Assembly: GCA_020341815.1 (NCBI GenBank) | Contig: CP070837.1 | Coordinates: 311,035-375,034, forward strand | DNA: 64,000 bases | Direction of reading: 5' to 3' | Source of the DNA: Candidatus Omnitrophota bacterium | Lineage (GTDB): Bacteria > Omnitrophota > Gorgyraeia > JAFGHF01 | Shown here: piece after piece, positions 10,177 to 19,202 of the stretch | How positions within the stretch are numbered: position 1 is the first letter of the stretch | How the letters are laid out: each line of letters opens with the position of its first letter | Position numbers and translations under genes: made by a program | The notes under the pieces: model-generated | Databases searched by the model: none | What the model was told of the DNA's origin: nothing | What the model saw: only the letters and a program-made list of their open reading frames with translations

Positions 10177-11160
10177 ATGGGAGTTAAATGGAGAAATTTT
10201 GAAATGCCGAAGAGATTGGAATGTGATGAGTCCACATATTCTGATTCTTATGCCAAATTTATTGCGGAGCCTTTTGAACGAGGATATGGCATTACTGTCG
10301 GCAACTCTTTGCGAAGGATATTGATTTCTTCCATAGAGGGTAGTGCCGTCACTTCTGTTAAGATTGAAGGGGTATTGCACGAATTTTCCAGTATTCCCGG
10401 AGTTGTCGAAGATGTCCCTGAGATTATCTTAAATATCAAAAGGCTCATCTTGCGCGCACACACTAAAAACCCTAAGACCATTTTTATTAAAATAGAAAAG
10501 AAGGGAGACGTCAAGGCCCGGGATATCATTACGGATGAGACCGTTGAGGTCATCAATCCCGATTTGCACATCGCTACGCTTTCTAAAAATACGAAGTTTT
10601 ATGTGGAGATGGAAGTGGGGCGCGGCAGGGGTTATGTCTCTGCGGAAAAAAACAAAAAAGAATCCCATGCTCTGGGAGTCATACCTGTAGACTCGATATT
10701 TTCACCGGTAACAAGAGTAAATTTCCATGTGGAAAACACCCGCGTAGGGCAGATGACCGATTATGAGCGGCTTATTCTGGAGGTCTGGACCAATAAAAGC
10801 ATGAACCCTAAAGACAGTCTGCTTTATGCCTCTAACATACTGCAGAAACACCTGGAGGTATTTGTCGGCTTCGGTCAGTTGCCCGAAGAAGAGGTAGCCG
10901 AAGAAAGCGAAGAGGATCAGGAGCTCTATGAAAAATTAAGGCAGCCTATTTCCGAGCTTGAGCTTTCGGTAAGAAGCGTCAATTGCCTGGAGGAGGCAAA
11001 AATCAAGACTATCGGAGACCTGGTGCAGAAGACAGAGATGGAAATGCTCAAATACAGAAACTTTGGCAAAAAGTCTTTAACCGAGATCAACAATATTCTT
11101 AAATCGTTATCTTTGTCTTTAGGGATGAAAGTAGACACAAAGAGATTGAAGAAAAAATAA
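10177..11160 (+). CDS. rpoA: DNA-directed RNA polymerase alpha subunit
   Basis: 327 aa with NSLRRILISSIEG... and a C-terminal alphaCTD (ELSVRSVNCLEEAKIKTIGDL). Confidence 0.95.
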   Translation: MGVKWRNFEMPKRLECDESTYSDSYAKFIAEPFERGYGITVGNSLRRILISSIEGSAVTSVKIEGVLHEFSSIPGVVEDVPEIILNIKRLILRAHTKNPKTIFIKIEKKGDVKARDIITDETVEVINPDLHIATLSKNTKFYVEMEVGRGRGYVSAEKNKKESHALGVIPVDSIFSPVTRVNFHVENTRVGQMTDYERLILEVWTNKSMNPKDSLLYASNILQKHLEVFVGFGQLPEEEVAEESEEDQELYEKLRQPISELELSVRSVNCLEEAKIKTIGDLVQKTEMEMLKYRNFGKKSLTEINNILKSLSLSLGMKVDTKRLKKK

Positions 11161-11164
11161 GGAG

Positions 11165-11250
11165 ACACTGAAACCACTGAAAAATAATCACTGAAACCAC
11201 TGAAGTTTTTCTTTCAGTCTTCTCAGTGATAATTTCAGTCTTCTCAGTGA
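11165..11250. repeat. Family-1 repeat element, copy B: two direct CACTGAAACCACTGAA units, a T-run, then two inverted TTTCAGTCTTCTCAGTGAT units. Sits between rpoA and rplQ.
   Basis: Direct reading. Same unit as copies A, C and D. Confidence 0.75.
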
Positions 11251-11258
11251 TTACAAAA

Positions 11259-11786
11259 ATGCGCCATCGAAAATTTTCTAAAAGACGCATCAGTCGCAAA
11301 TATGGGCATCGCCGCTCTACATTGCGCAATCTGGTAATCAATCTTTTAAAATATCAAAAAATCAAGACTACGCCCGCTAAGGCACGTCTTGCGCAGTCTT
11401 CATTTGAACATTTGGTCTCTTTAGCCAAAAAAGACACGCTTCATTCGCGCAGACAGGCCTATAAACTGCTGGATAACAGGGCTGCGGTCTTGGAGCTCTT
11501 TTCACGAATCACTCCTTTATTTAAGGGGAAGACTTCAGGCTTTACCCGAATAATTCGCACCTCTTACAGGCACGGAGACGGCGCGCAATTAGTCTTTCTG
11601 GAACTTACAAATAAGTTGCCTAAGGTAAAGCCCCGCAAAGCTCCGCATGAGAAACCTAAGGCGGAAGTTAAAGAAAAGGAAGAGATAAAACCTAAAGAAA
11701 AGCTCAGGGCCCCTAAGAAATTGAAGCCGAAGAAATTTTTAGGAGGCTTACGCCGGCTATTTAAAAAGGAAAGAGATGCTCTGTGA
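11259..11786 (+). CDS. rplQ: 50S ribosomal protein L17 with a Lys/Pro-rich C-terminal extension of about 60 aa. The track ORF begins at 11226; I prefer the ATG at 11259.
   Basis: MRHRKFSKRRISRKYGHRRSTLRNL... canonical L17 start. Tail KVKPRKAPHEKPKAEVKEKEEIKPKEK... Confidence 0.88.
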   Translation: MRHRKFSKRRISRKYGHRRSTLRNLVINLLKYQKIKTTPAKARLAQSSFEHLVSLAKKDTLHSRRQAYKLLDNRAAVLELFSRITPLFKGKTSGFTRIIRTSYRHGDGAQLVFLELTNKLPKVKPRKAPHEKPKAEVKEKEEIKPKEKLRAPKKLKPKKFLGGLRRLFKKERDAL

Positions 11787-11901
11787 ACCCAGCCCTTCCA
11801 AATACCACGCCTTGCTATAATAGCTATGGATAAAAGCAATAGATAAAAGGAAGGATGGGGATAAAGGCTTGACATTATCAAGAAAGGAAGGGCTGGGTGA
11901 A
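11784..11901 (+). promoter_or_regulatory. Family-3 element, diverged copy 1. Runs from the rplQ stop codon TGA to the GTG start of the downstream aminotransferase. Closed by the inverted repeat ACCCAGCCCTTCC / GGAAGGGCTGGGT. Contains TGCTATAAT (extended -10-like) and TTGACA.
   Basis: Aligns end-to-end with 29353-29469 and 31021-31137. Shows a compensatory C>A / G>T change in the terminal stem relative to the other copies. Confidence 0.6.
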
Positions 11902-13063
11902 AATAGCCCGAAGAGTAACAGAAGTTGCTCCTTCGCTGACCCTGGAAATTACATCTTTGGCAAGAAAAATGAAAGAGCAGGGCGGAAAAATAGTTAATTT
12001 TGCCGCCGGAGAGCCGGATTCGGATACCCCCGAATATATAAAAAAGGCGGCAATAGAAGCTATCGAGCAAGGATTTACTAAATATACGCCCGCAGCAGGA
12101 TGGCCGAAGCTAAAAGAAGCTATATCTAAAAAGTTCAAAAAAGAGAATCAGCTAAGCTATTCCCCCGAACAAATCGTTGTCAGCTGCGGGGCGAAGCACG
12201 CCCTCTATAATATCCTGCAGGTCCTCTGCGAAAAAGAAGATGAAGTAATTATTGCCTCTCCCTACTGGGTAAGTTACCCTGAGATGGTAAAACTGGCAGG
12301 GGCAACCGCGCATATTGTGCAAACCCAACCCCAGAATCAGTTCAAATTAGATAAAAGATCATTAGCCTCCGCTATTACCAAAAAAACTAAAGCAGTTATT
12401 CTTAATAGCCCCGCAAACCCTACCGGCTCTGTCTATTCCCAGGATGAACTTGAGGAAATCTGCGCTCTGGCGGTTGAACGGAACTTTTATATAATAAGCG
12501 ACGAAATATATGAAAAATTTATTTTTGACGGAAAGAAACACATCTCTTGCGCCTCCCTGAATGAAGAGATTTACAGGCGCACTATAGTAGTCAATGGGGT
12601 ATCCAAAAGTTACTCTATGACCGGATGGAGAATCGGCTACCTGGCCTCACCAGATGAGAAAATAATCCAGGCAATAAAAAAACTACAAAGTCATTCTACC
12701 TCCAATCCCTGTTCAATTAGCCAAAAGGCCGCATATCAGGCTTTAGAGAAGACAGACAAAACCCAAATGCAAAAGATGCTGAAGAGCTTCCAGGAAAGAC
12801 GCGATTGCATGCTGAGGGGCTTGGATGAGATTTCCGGTTTATCTTATATAAAGCCGGAAGGCGCATTTTATGTATTTTGCGACATCTCTCAATTAAAACT
12901 GGACTCGATTACTTTTTGCCGAAAACTGCTTGAAGAGGCCGAAATAGCCGCTGTTCCGGGTGAGGCATTCGGTCGAGATGATTATATCCGTTTGAGTTTT
13001 GCTACAAGCAGGAATGAAATAGAAGAAGGCCTGCGCAGATTAAAGAAATGGGTTACACGATAG
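11897..13063 (+). CDS. Aspartate (or aspartate/prephenate) aminotransferase, class I. GTG start supplied by the family-3 element.
   Basis: Strong similarity in pattern to Thermus-type AspAT: NFAAGEPDSDTP, SPYWVSYPEMV, NSPANPTG, SKSYSMTGWRIGY (PLP lysine). Confidence 0.85.
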   Translation: MKIARRVTEVAPSLTLEITSLARKMKEQGGKIVNFAAGEPDSDTPEYIKKAAIEAIEQGFTKYTPAAGWPKLKEAISKKFKKENQLSYSPEQIVVSCGAKHALYNILQVLCEKEDEVIIASPYWVSYPEMVKLAGATAHIVQTQPQNQFKLDKRSLASAITKKTKAVILNSPANPTGSVYSQDELEEICALAVERNFYIISDEIYEKFIFDGKKHISCASLNEEIYRRTIVVNGVSKSYSMTGWRIGYLASPDEKIIQAIKKLQSHSTSNPCSISQKAAYQALEKTDKTQMQKMLKSFQERRDCMLRGLDEISGLSYIKPEGAFYVFCDISQLKLDSITFCRKLLEEAEIAAVPGEAFGRDDYIRLSFATSRNEIEEGLRRLKKWVTR

Positions 13064-14304
13064 CAGAAAAAATACTTTCTCAACACAGCCGCAAGAAGGT
13101 CAAAGCCGGCGATACAGCCCTTTGCGATATAGACTTTTGCTTCGGTCAGGACGGAACCTCGGAACTTGTAATTGACAGCTTCCTGGGGCTAGGCAAAAAA
13201 AGGGTCTTTGACAAAGAGAAGTTTTGTATAGTAATTGACCACAGCACCCCCAGCCCAAGAGAGGCTATTTCCAACATCCATCAGAAATTGAGAAAATTCA
13301 CTCAGAAACAAGGAACCTTACTTTTTGATGTGGGTTGCGGTGTCTGTCACCAGGTAATCCCCCAGGCCGGACTTATTCTACCGGGAAATTTGGTAGTAGG
13401 TGCGGATTCGCATACCTGTACCTACGGAGCGCTTAATGCCTTTGCCTGCGGTCTCGGCTCAACTGACGTAGCCGTGGCCTTGGCCAGCGGCAAAAATTGG
13501 TTTAGAGTCCCTGAGACAATTAAATTGATTGTAAAGGGGAAGTTACCCAAAGGGGTAACGGCCAAGGATATCATTCTCTATATAATCGGGCAACTGGGCG
13601 CCAATGGCTGCACATACATGGCGGTAGAGTTTACCGGATGCGTTATTGATAAGTTAGGTATGGACGGGCGCTTTACCATCAGCAATATGGGCGTAGAGAT
13701 GGGTGCTAAATGTGCTTTGTTTTGCGCAGACGAAAAGACACTGAATTGGTTAAAAGGACGCACAATAAAGAAATTTAAATCTGTTTTTGCGGATAAAAAT
13801 GCCGATTATAAAGAGATTAAGGAGTTTGACATTTCAAAGCTGTCTCCTCAGGTGGCTTCTCCTCACAGCGTAGATAATGTAAACAATATCGATGAGGTTC
13901 TGGGTACAAAGATTGATGTGGCCTTTCTGGGGACCTGCACCAACGGCAGATTAGATGATTTGAAGGCAGCGGCAAAAATCTTAAGAGGAAGGCACGTTAA
14001 AAAAGGGGTAAGGCTGGTTGTAGCTCCGGCCTCAAAAGAGATATATTTAGAGGCTGCCCGCCTTAAGATCTTGGAAGTTTTCCTGGGGGCCGGAGGCGTA
14101 ATTTTACCTCCCGGCTGCGGGCCTTGCGTGGGTACGCACGCAGGCGTGCCGGCAGATAATGAGGTAGTCATCTCCTCGGCAAATAGAAATTTCAAAGGAA
14201 GAATGGGTAATCCGCGCGCTTCTATCTTCCTTGCTTCACCCTTGACTCTGGCTGCCTCAGCTATCGAGGGCAAAATAGCTGATGCGCGAAAATACAGCAA
14301 ATAA
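13048..14304 (+). CDS. LeuC-family dehydratase large subunit (3-isopropylmalate dehydratase, homoaconitase or aconitase-like). Substrate unresolved.
   Basis: 418 aa with DSHTCTYGALNAFACGLGSTDVA and GCGPCVG Fe-S cluster motifs of the aconitase superfamily. Archaeal-type short form. Confidence 0.8.
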   Translation: MGYTIAEKILSQHSRKKVKAGDTALCDIDFCFGQDGTSELVIDSFLGLGKKRVFDKEKFCIVIDHSTPSPREAISNIHQKLRKFTQKQGTLLFDVGCGVCHQVIPQAGLILPGNLVVGADSHTCTYGALNAFACGLGSTDVAVALASGKNWFRVPETIKLIVKGKLPKGVTAKDIILYIIGQLGANGCTYMAVEFTGCVIDKLGMDGRFTISNMGVEMGAKCALFCADEKTLNWLKGRTIKKFKSVFADKNADYKEIKEFDISKLSPQVASPHSVDNVNNIDEVLGTKIDVAFLGTCTNGRLDDLKAAAKILRGRHVKKGVRLVVAPASKEIYLEAARLKILEVFLGAGGVILPPGCGPCVGTHAGVPADNEVVISSANRNFKGRMGNPRASIFLASPLTLAASAIEGKIADARKYSK

Positions 14305-14324
14305 AAAGCAAGAAAGGTGCCAAT

Positions 14325-15368
14325 ATGAACTTGGAAGGATTGTTAAAAGAGGCTCAGGCGAAAGGAGCCTCGGATTTGCATATTACCGAGAATGCACCGC
14401 CGATTTTCCGTATTAACGGGAGGCTTATGTCTACGGATTATAAGCATCTAACCCGCCATGACACCAGAAATATGGTTTACGGCATTCTTAATGAGGAGCA
14501 AAAGAAGGCCTTTGAAAGAGATTTGGAGCTGGATCTTTCTTTGACTATGCCCGGCATTCAGCGCGTGAGGATAAATGTACATATACAAAGAGGCAGCATA
14601 GAAGCAGCTTTTCGCCTGGTGAGTCTAAAGATTCGCTCGATCGCAGAGTTAGGCTTGCCTATGATAGTTGAGGATTTGGCCCGCAGGCCTTCAGGCCTAG
14701 TATTGATAACCGGACCTACGGGGGTAGGTAAGACCACTACTCTTGCGGCAATGGTGGATTTAATTAACACTGAACATGAGCATTTGATTGTAGTTGTCGA
14801 AGATCCTATCGAATATATACATGTCAATAAAAAAAGCGTAATTAAGCAAAGAGAGCTTTATTCCGACACACTCTCTTTTGCCGAGGCTCTCAAGCATGCG
14901 CTGCGCCAAGACCCTAATGTGATTGTAGTAGGAGAGATGCGCGATTTGGACACCATCTCTACCACCTTAACCGCTGCGGAAACCGGACACCTGGTCCTGG
15001 CCACTTTACATACACCGGATGCCCCGCAGACCATAGATAGAATAATTGACGTCTTTCCCCCTTACCAGCAAAAGCAGATAATGGTGCAGCTGTCAAGTTC
15101 TTTACTGGGAGTGGTTTCGCAGCGTCTCCTGCCCCGCATAGATGAGCCCGGCAGGATAGTAGCTACGGAGGTAATGGTGGCTACTGCTGCTATCCGCAAT
15201 CTTATCCGCGAACACGAGACAGAGCAGCTGCTCACGCTTATCCAGACCGGTTCTCAATACGGTATGAAAACAATGGACAAATCTTTAAAGGAGCTTTACG
15301 ATAAACGTATAATTTCTTACGAGACAGCCGTTTCCTTCGCTAAAGAACCTTCAGAATTCAAAAGATGA
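14325..15368 (+). CDS. pilT: Type IV pilus retraction ATPase PilT
   Basis: 347 aa, near-colinear with canonical PilT: GASDLHI, GLVLITGPTGVGKTTTLAAM Walker A, IEDPIE, VGEMRD, AAETGHLV, TAAIRNLIRE. Confidence 0.9.
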   Translation: MNLEGLLKEAQAKGASDLHITENAPPIFRINGRLMSTDYKHLTRHDTRNMVYGILNEEQKKAFERDLELDLSLTMPGIQRVRINVHIQRGSIEAAFRLVSLKIRSIAELGLPMIVEDLARRPSGLVLITGPTGVGKTTTLAAMVDLINTEHEHLIVVVEDPIEYIHVNKKSVIKQRELYSDTLSFAEALKHALRQDPNVIVVGEMRDLDTISTTLTAAETGHLVLATLHTPDAPQTIDRIIDVFPPYQQKQIMVQLSSSLLGVVSQRLLPRIDEPGRIVATEVMVATAAIRNLIREHETEQLLTLIQTGSQYGMKTMDKSLKELYDKRIISYETAVSFAKEPSEFKR

Positions 15369-15871
15369 AAAAGACCGGCCGCGCTTATAAATTCGGGGAC
15401 AATATCAGCACAGATTTGATTATCTCCGGCAGATATAAGTTCGCTATCCGCAGTATGAAAGAGCTAGCCAAACATGTTATGGAAGATGCAGACAGTAACT
15501 TTTATCAGAAAACAAGGAAAGGTCCTTCTTTCATAGTGGCAGGGTGGAACTTCGGTATGGGCTCATCCCGTGAACAGGCCCCCTGGGCCATAAAAGAAGC
15601 GGGAATTTTAGCGGTAATAGCCAAAAACTTTGCCCGTATTTTTTACCGTAATTCCTTTAATATCGGCCTGGCCTTAATAGAGTGCGATACCGACCTGATT
15701 TCGCAAGGCGATATCCTGGAGCTGGACATAGATAAGGGTTATTTAAAAAATAAAACTAAAAAAACGCTCATTGCCATAAAGCCGTTGCATCCTTTAATGA
15801 AGGATCTGCTTAAGTCAGGCGGGATTGTAAAATATTTTAAAAAGCACAGGGGGTTGAACTTTGGCGCATAA
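15365..15871 (+). CDS. LeuD-family dehydratase small subunit, partner of 13048-14304
   Basis: 168 aa starting [26 protein letters not shown], the typical LeuD-like N-terminus. Confidence 0.8.
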   Translation: MKKTGRAYKFGDNISTDLIISGRYKFAIRSMKELAKHVMEDADSNFYQKTRKGPSFIVAGWNFGMGSSREQAPWAIKEAGILAVIAKNFARIFYRNSFNIGLALIECDTDLISQGDILELDIDKGYLKNKTKKTLIAIKPLHPLMKDLLKSGGIVKYFKKHRGLNFGA

Positions 15872-16943
15872 AATTACGCTTATTCCCGGAGACGGTATAG
15901 GTCCTGAGGTTAGCTTAGCCGCTAAAAGGTGCATTGAAGCCACAGGAGTAAAGGTCCAGTGGGAGGAGGTGCCGGCGGGTGAAGAGGCTTTGAAGAAATA
16001 CGGCAAGGTTTTGCCGGATGAAACTATCGCCTCAATTAAGAAAAATAAAGTGGCTATCAAAGGACCGGTGATTACGCCTATCGGTGAAGGATACCGTTCT
16101 GTAAATGTCCAGATGAGACAAACGCTCAATCTCTATGCCTGCCTGCGTCCCTGCAAATGGTATGAAGGTGTAAAGGCCCCTTATAAAAATATTGACCTGG
16201 CGGTAATCAGGGAAAATACCGAAGACCTCTACGCGGGTATTGAGTTTGAAGAGGGAAAAAACGCAACACGTAAGCTCTTGAAAGACATTAATAAGCTTAG
16301 TAAAAAAACAATAGCCTCAGATAGCGCCATCAGCATAAAGCCTATCTCACGTAAGGCTACCGAGCGAATCGTGCGTTTTGCCTTTGAATACGCCATAAAG
16401 AACAAAAGAAAGAAAGTAACCTGTGTTCATAAAGCCAATATTATGAAGTTTACCGACGGGCTATTTTTAAAAGTTGCCAAAGACGTGGCCCGGGATTATG
16501 AGGGAAAGATCGAATTCGAAGATAGATTGATTGACAACATGTGCATGCAGCTGGTTCAGAAACCCTGGGATTATGATTGCCTGGTTTTACCTAATCTCTA
16601 CGGGGATATAATTTCGGATTTATGCGCGGGATTGGTAGGAGGCTTAGGGGTTGCCCCGGGGGCAAATATCGGTGAGACCTGCGCCATCTTTGAAGCCACT
16701 CACGGAAGCGCCCCTAAATACAAAGGAAAAAATAAGGTAAATCCTGTAGCAATGATTCTCTCCGGAGTAATGCTGCTTAAGTTTATCGGCGAAGAAAAAG
16801 CCGCCCAAAGATTGGAAGAGGCAGTAAAAGAAGTAATCAAAGAGGGAAAAAGAGTAACCTACGATTTAAAAGCGGATAAAAACGACCCGACCGCCGCAGG
16901 CACCAGCGAGATGGCCGATGCTATTATTGAAAGGCTAAAATGA
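15861..16943 (+). CDS. icd: Isocitrate dehydrogenase of the beta-decarboxylating dehydrogenase family. TTG start inferred.
   Basis: SVNVQMRQTLNLYACLRPCKWY matches the ICDH substrate loop (S-x-N-V-x-L-R...LRP) rather than the IMDH loop. 360 aa. Confidence 0.75.
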   Translation: MAHKITLIPGDGIGPEVSLAAKRCIEATGVKVQWEEVPAGEEALKKYGKVLPDETIASIKKNKVAIKGPVITPIGEGYRSVNVQMRQTLNLYACLRPCKWYEGVKAPYKNIDLAVIRENTEDLYAGIEFEEGKNATRKLLKDINKLSKKTIASDSAISIKPISRKATERIVRFAFEYAIKNKRKKVTCVHKANIMKFTDGLFLKVAKDVARDYEGKIEFEDRLIDNMCMQLVQKPWDYDCLVLPNLYGDIISDLCAGLVGGLGVAPGANIGETCAIFEATHGSAPKYKGKNKVNPVAMILSGVMLLKFIGEEKAAQRLEEAVKEVIKEGKRVTYDLKADKNDPTAAGTSEMADAIIERLK

Positions 16944-17875
16944 CACCAGGGATGAAGGTTGCTATAATAGGTGCGGGAAATGTTGGGGCGACTGCGGCCT
17001 TACGGATTGTCGAAGCAAATCTGGCCGATATCGTCCTTATGGATATCGTAGAAGGAAAGGCTGAAGGCCTGGCCCTGGATTTAAGCAGCGCCTCTTCTAT
17101 TGTGGGACATTCGCGTTCGATACTGGGAACGACTGATTATAAGGAAATCTCCGGGGCGAATATAGTCGTTCTTACCGCAGGACAGGCCCGCTCTCCCGGC
17201 CAAAGTCGCGAAGAATTATTATCAAAGAATGCTGAAATAGCCAAAGACGCCTCGCGAAAAATAGTTCAATATGCCCCTTCGGCAATAGTTATAGTAGTCA
17301 GCAATCCTCTTGATGTACTGACTTATTTGACTCTTAAAGCCACAAAGTTTTCCCCTGCCAAAATTATCGGCATGGGCGGGGTATCCGACTGCGCCCGGTT
17401 TAATATGCTCATCGGGAATGAATTAAATATTGCCGGCAGTCAGGTGCAATCTGTAATTATCGGCCCGCATGCAGATAATATGGTAATTTTACCGCGCCTT
17501 ACAACTGTAAAGGGTAAGGCACTTAACGAGCTGCTCAGCGAGAAAAAAATAGAAGAAATCGTCGGTGAGACGCGAAACTTTGGCGCCAGAATTGTCAAAC
17601 TCTTAGGTAAAGGTAGCGCCTATTACGGGCCCTCGGCGGGCATATTTGCGCTGGTAGATTCTATTGTCAATGACCGCAAGAAGTTGTTATGCGCTTCCAG
17701 TTACCTTAGCGGTCAATACGGCCTTAGCGATTTATGCCTGGGGGTGCCGGTAAAGATAGGAGCGGGAGGCATAGAAGAGATAGTTGAATTGGAGTTGACC
17801 GATGGAGAAAAGAGCGCACTTATGAATTCGGCCGCATCAATAAAAAATTTAATTAAAAAAATCCGGAGTATATAA
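16940..17875 (+). CDS. mdh: Malate dehydrogenase of the LDH-like MDH family
   Basis: MKVAIIGAGNVGATAA Rossmann fold. 311 aa, typical of LDH-like MDH. Confidence 0.85.
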   Translation: MTPGMKVAIIGAGNVGATAALRIVEANLADIVLMDIVEGKAEGLALDLSSASSIVGHSRSILGTTDYKEISGANIVVLTAGQARSPGQSREELLSKNAEIAKDASRKIVQYAPSAIVIVVSNPLDVLTYLTLKATKFSPAKIIGMGGVSDCARFNMLIGNELNIAGSQVQSVIIGPHADNMVILPRLTTVKGKALNELLSEKKIEEIVGETRNFGARIVKLLGKGSAYYGPSAGIFALVDSIVNDRKKLLCASSYLSGQYGLSDLCLGVPVKIGAGGIEEIVELELTDGEKSALMNSAASIKNLIKKIRSI

Positions 17876-17876
17876 A

Positions 17877-19061
17877 ATGCACGAAGCAAACAGAATGAAA
17901 AGACTGCCTCTTTATCTTTTTACAATTATTGACCACTTAAAAGACGAAGCAAGAGAAAAGGGGATAGATATAGTGGATTTGGGTATGGGCAACCCCGACC
18001 AGCCCACCCCTAAACATATTATCGATGAATTATGCAAGCAGGCCCGGCTTCCTGAAAATCACCGCTATCCCCGTCCCAATGAACCGGCAGAGATAAAATT
18101 AAAAGAGGCTATTGCCAATTGGTATAAGGACAGGTTCAATGTAAACCTCAACCCCAAAACAGAAGTCTTACCCCTGATTGGCTCAAAGGAGGGCGTGGCT
18201 CATTTATCTTTGGCTTTTTTAAATCACGATGATATTGCTTTGGTTCCTTCACCGGCCTATCCTGTCCACTTCAACGGCGTAATTATGGCCGGCGGTATCC
18301 TTTACAATATCCCTATGACCGAAGAGAATGGTTTTAAGCCGGATTTAAGAAGCGTAAATGACAGCGTAGTTAAAATGGCAAAGATGTTATTCTTAAGCTA
18401 TCCTCACAATCCCACCACCAGCGTGGTGGATTTAAGCTTCTATGAGGATATTGCCCGCTGGGTGAAAAATAAAGATATTATTATTGCCAGCGACCTGGCC
18501 TATTCAGATATAGTATTTGATGATTACAAAACCCCCAGCATGTTGCAGGTAAAGGGGGTAAAAGAAAAGACCATTGAATTTCATACGCTTTCCAAGTCCT
18601 TTAATATGCCTGGTTGGCGTATAGGCTTTGCTGTGGGCAGCGAATCCATTCTGGCTTCCCTTGCCAAGACCAAAAGCTATATTGACTTCGGCATCTTTCG
18701 TCCCATTCAATACGCTGCGGTCAAGGCCTTGAGCAGTTCCCAGGACTGCGTGAAAAAGACCGTAGAGATTTACAGAAAAAGAAGAGACGTATTCGTGGAC
18801 GGCCTCAATAAAATCGGCTGGCCGACAAAGAAACCCAAAGCCACCTTTTATGTATGGACACGCATCCCTCTTAAATACGATGCCTTGACCTCAATGGAGT
18901 TTGCCGAGCTCCTGGTTAACGAGGCGGGCGTGGTAGTTGCTCCGGGAATCGGATTTGGCGAATACGGCGAGGGTTATGTCCGTTTTGCCCTGGTGGAAAA
19001 TGAACAGAGGCTTAAGCTGGCCATTAAACGCCTGGAAAAAGTCCTGGCCATGAAGCCCTGA
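17877..19061 (+). CDS. Class I/II PLP-dependent aminotransferase (AlaA/DapL-like). Specificity unknown.
   Basis: 394 aa with NPTT and SKSFNMPGWRIGF (PLP lysine) motifs. Confidence 0.75.
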   Translation: MHEANRMKRLPLYLFTIIDHLKDEAREKGIDIVDLGMGNPDQPTPKHIIDELCKQARLPENHRYPRPNEPAEIKLKEAIANWYKDRFNVNLNPKTEVLPLIGSKEGVAHLSLAFLNHDDIALVPSPAYPVHFNGVIMAGGILYNIPMTEENGFKPDLRSVNDSVVKMAKMLFLSYPHNPTTSVVDLSFYEDIARWVKNKDIIIASDLAYSDIVFDDYKTPSMLQVKGVKEKTIEFHTLSKSFNMPGWRIGFAVGSESILASLAKTKSYIDFGIFRPIQYAAVKALSSSQDCVKKTVEIYRKRRDVFVDGLNKIGWPTKKPKATFYVWTRIPLKYDALTSMEFAELLVNEAGVVVAPGIGFGEYGEGYVRFALVENEQRLKLAIKRLEKVLAMKP

Positions 19062-19083
19062 GTACGCTTAAAATAAGATTTCC

Positions 19084-19136
19084 CAAGGCGCCTCTAGATT
19101 ATGCTTGAGGCGCTTTCTCTTTGGCAATCTTTTTTG
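19084..19136 (+). terminator. Putative intrinsic terminator: stem AAGGCGCCTC / GAGGCGCTT followed by a T-rich tract
   Basis: A GC-rich inverted repeat immediately 3' of the aminotransferase stop, followed by TTCTCTTTGGCAATCTTTTTTG. Confidence 0.5.
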
Positions 19137-19202
19137 TTTGCCCAAATAGTCAATTTATGCTATATTAGAAAAGTTCACTGTCAAAAAAATAGAGGAGGGG
19201 CC

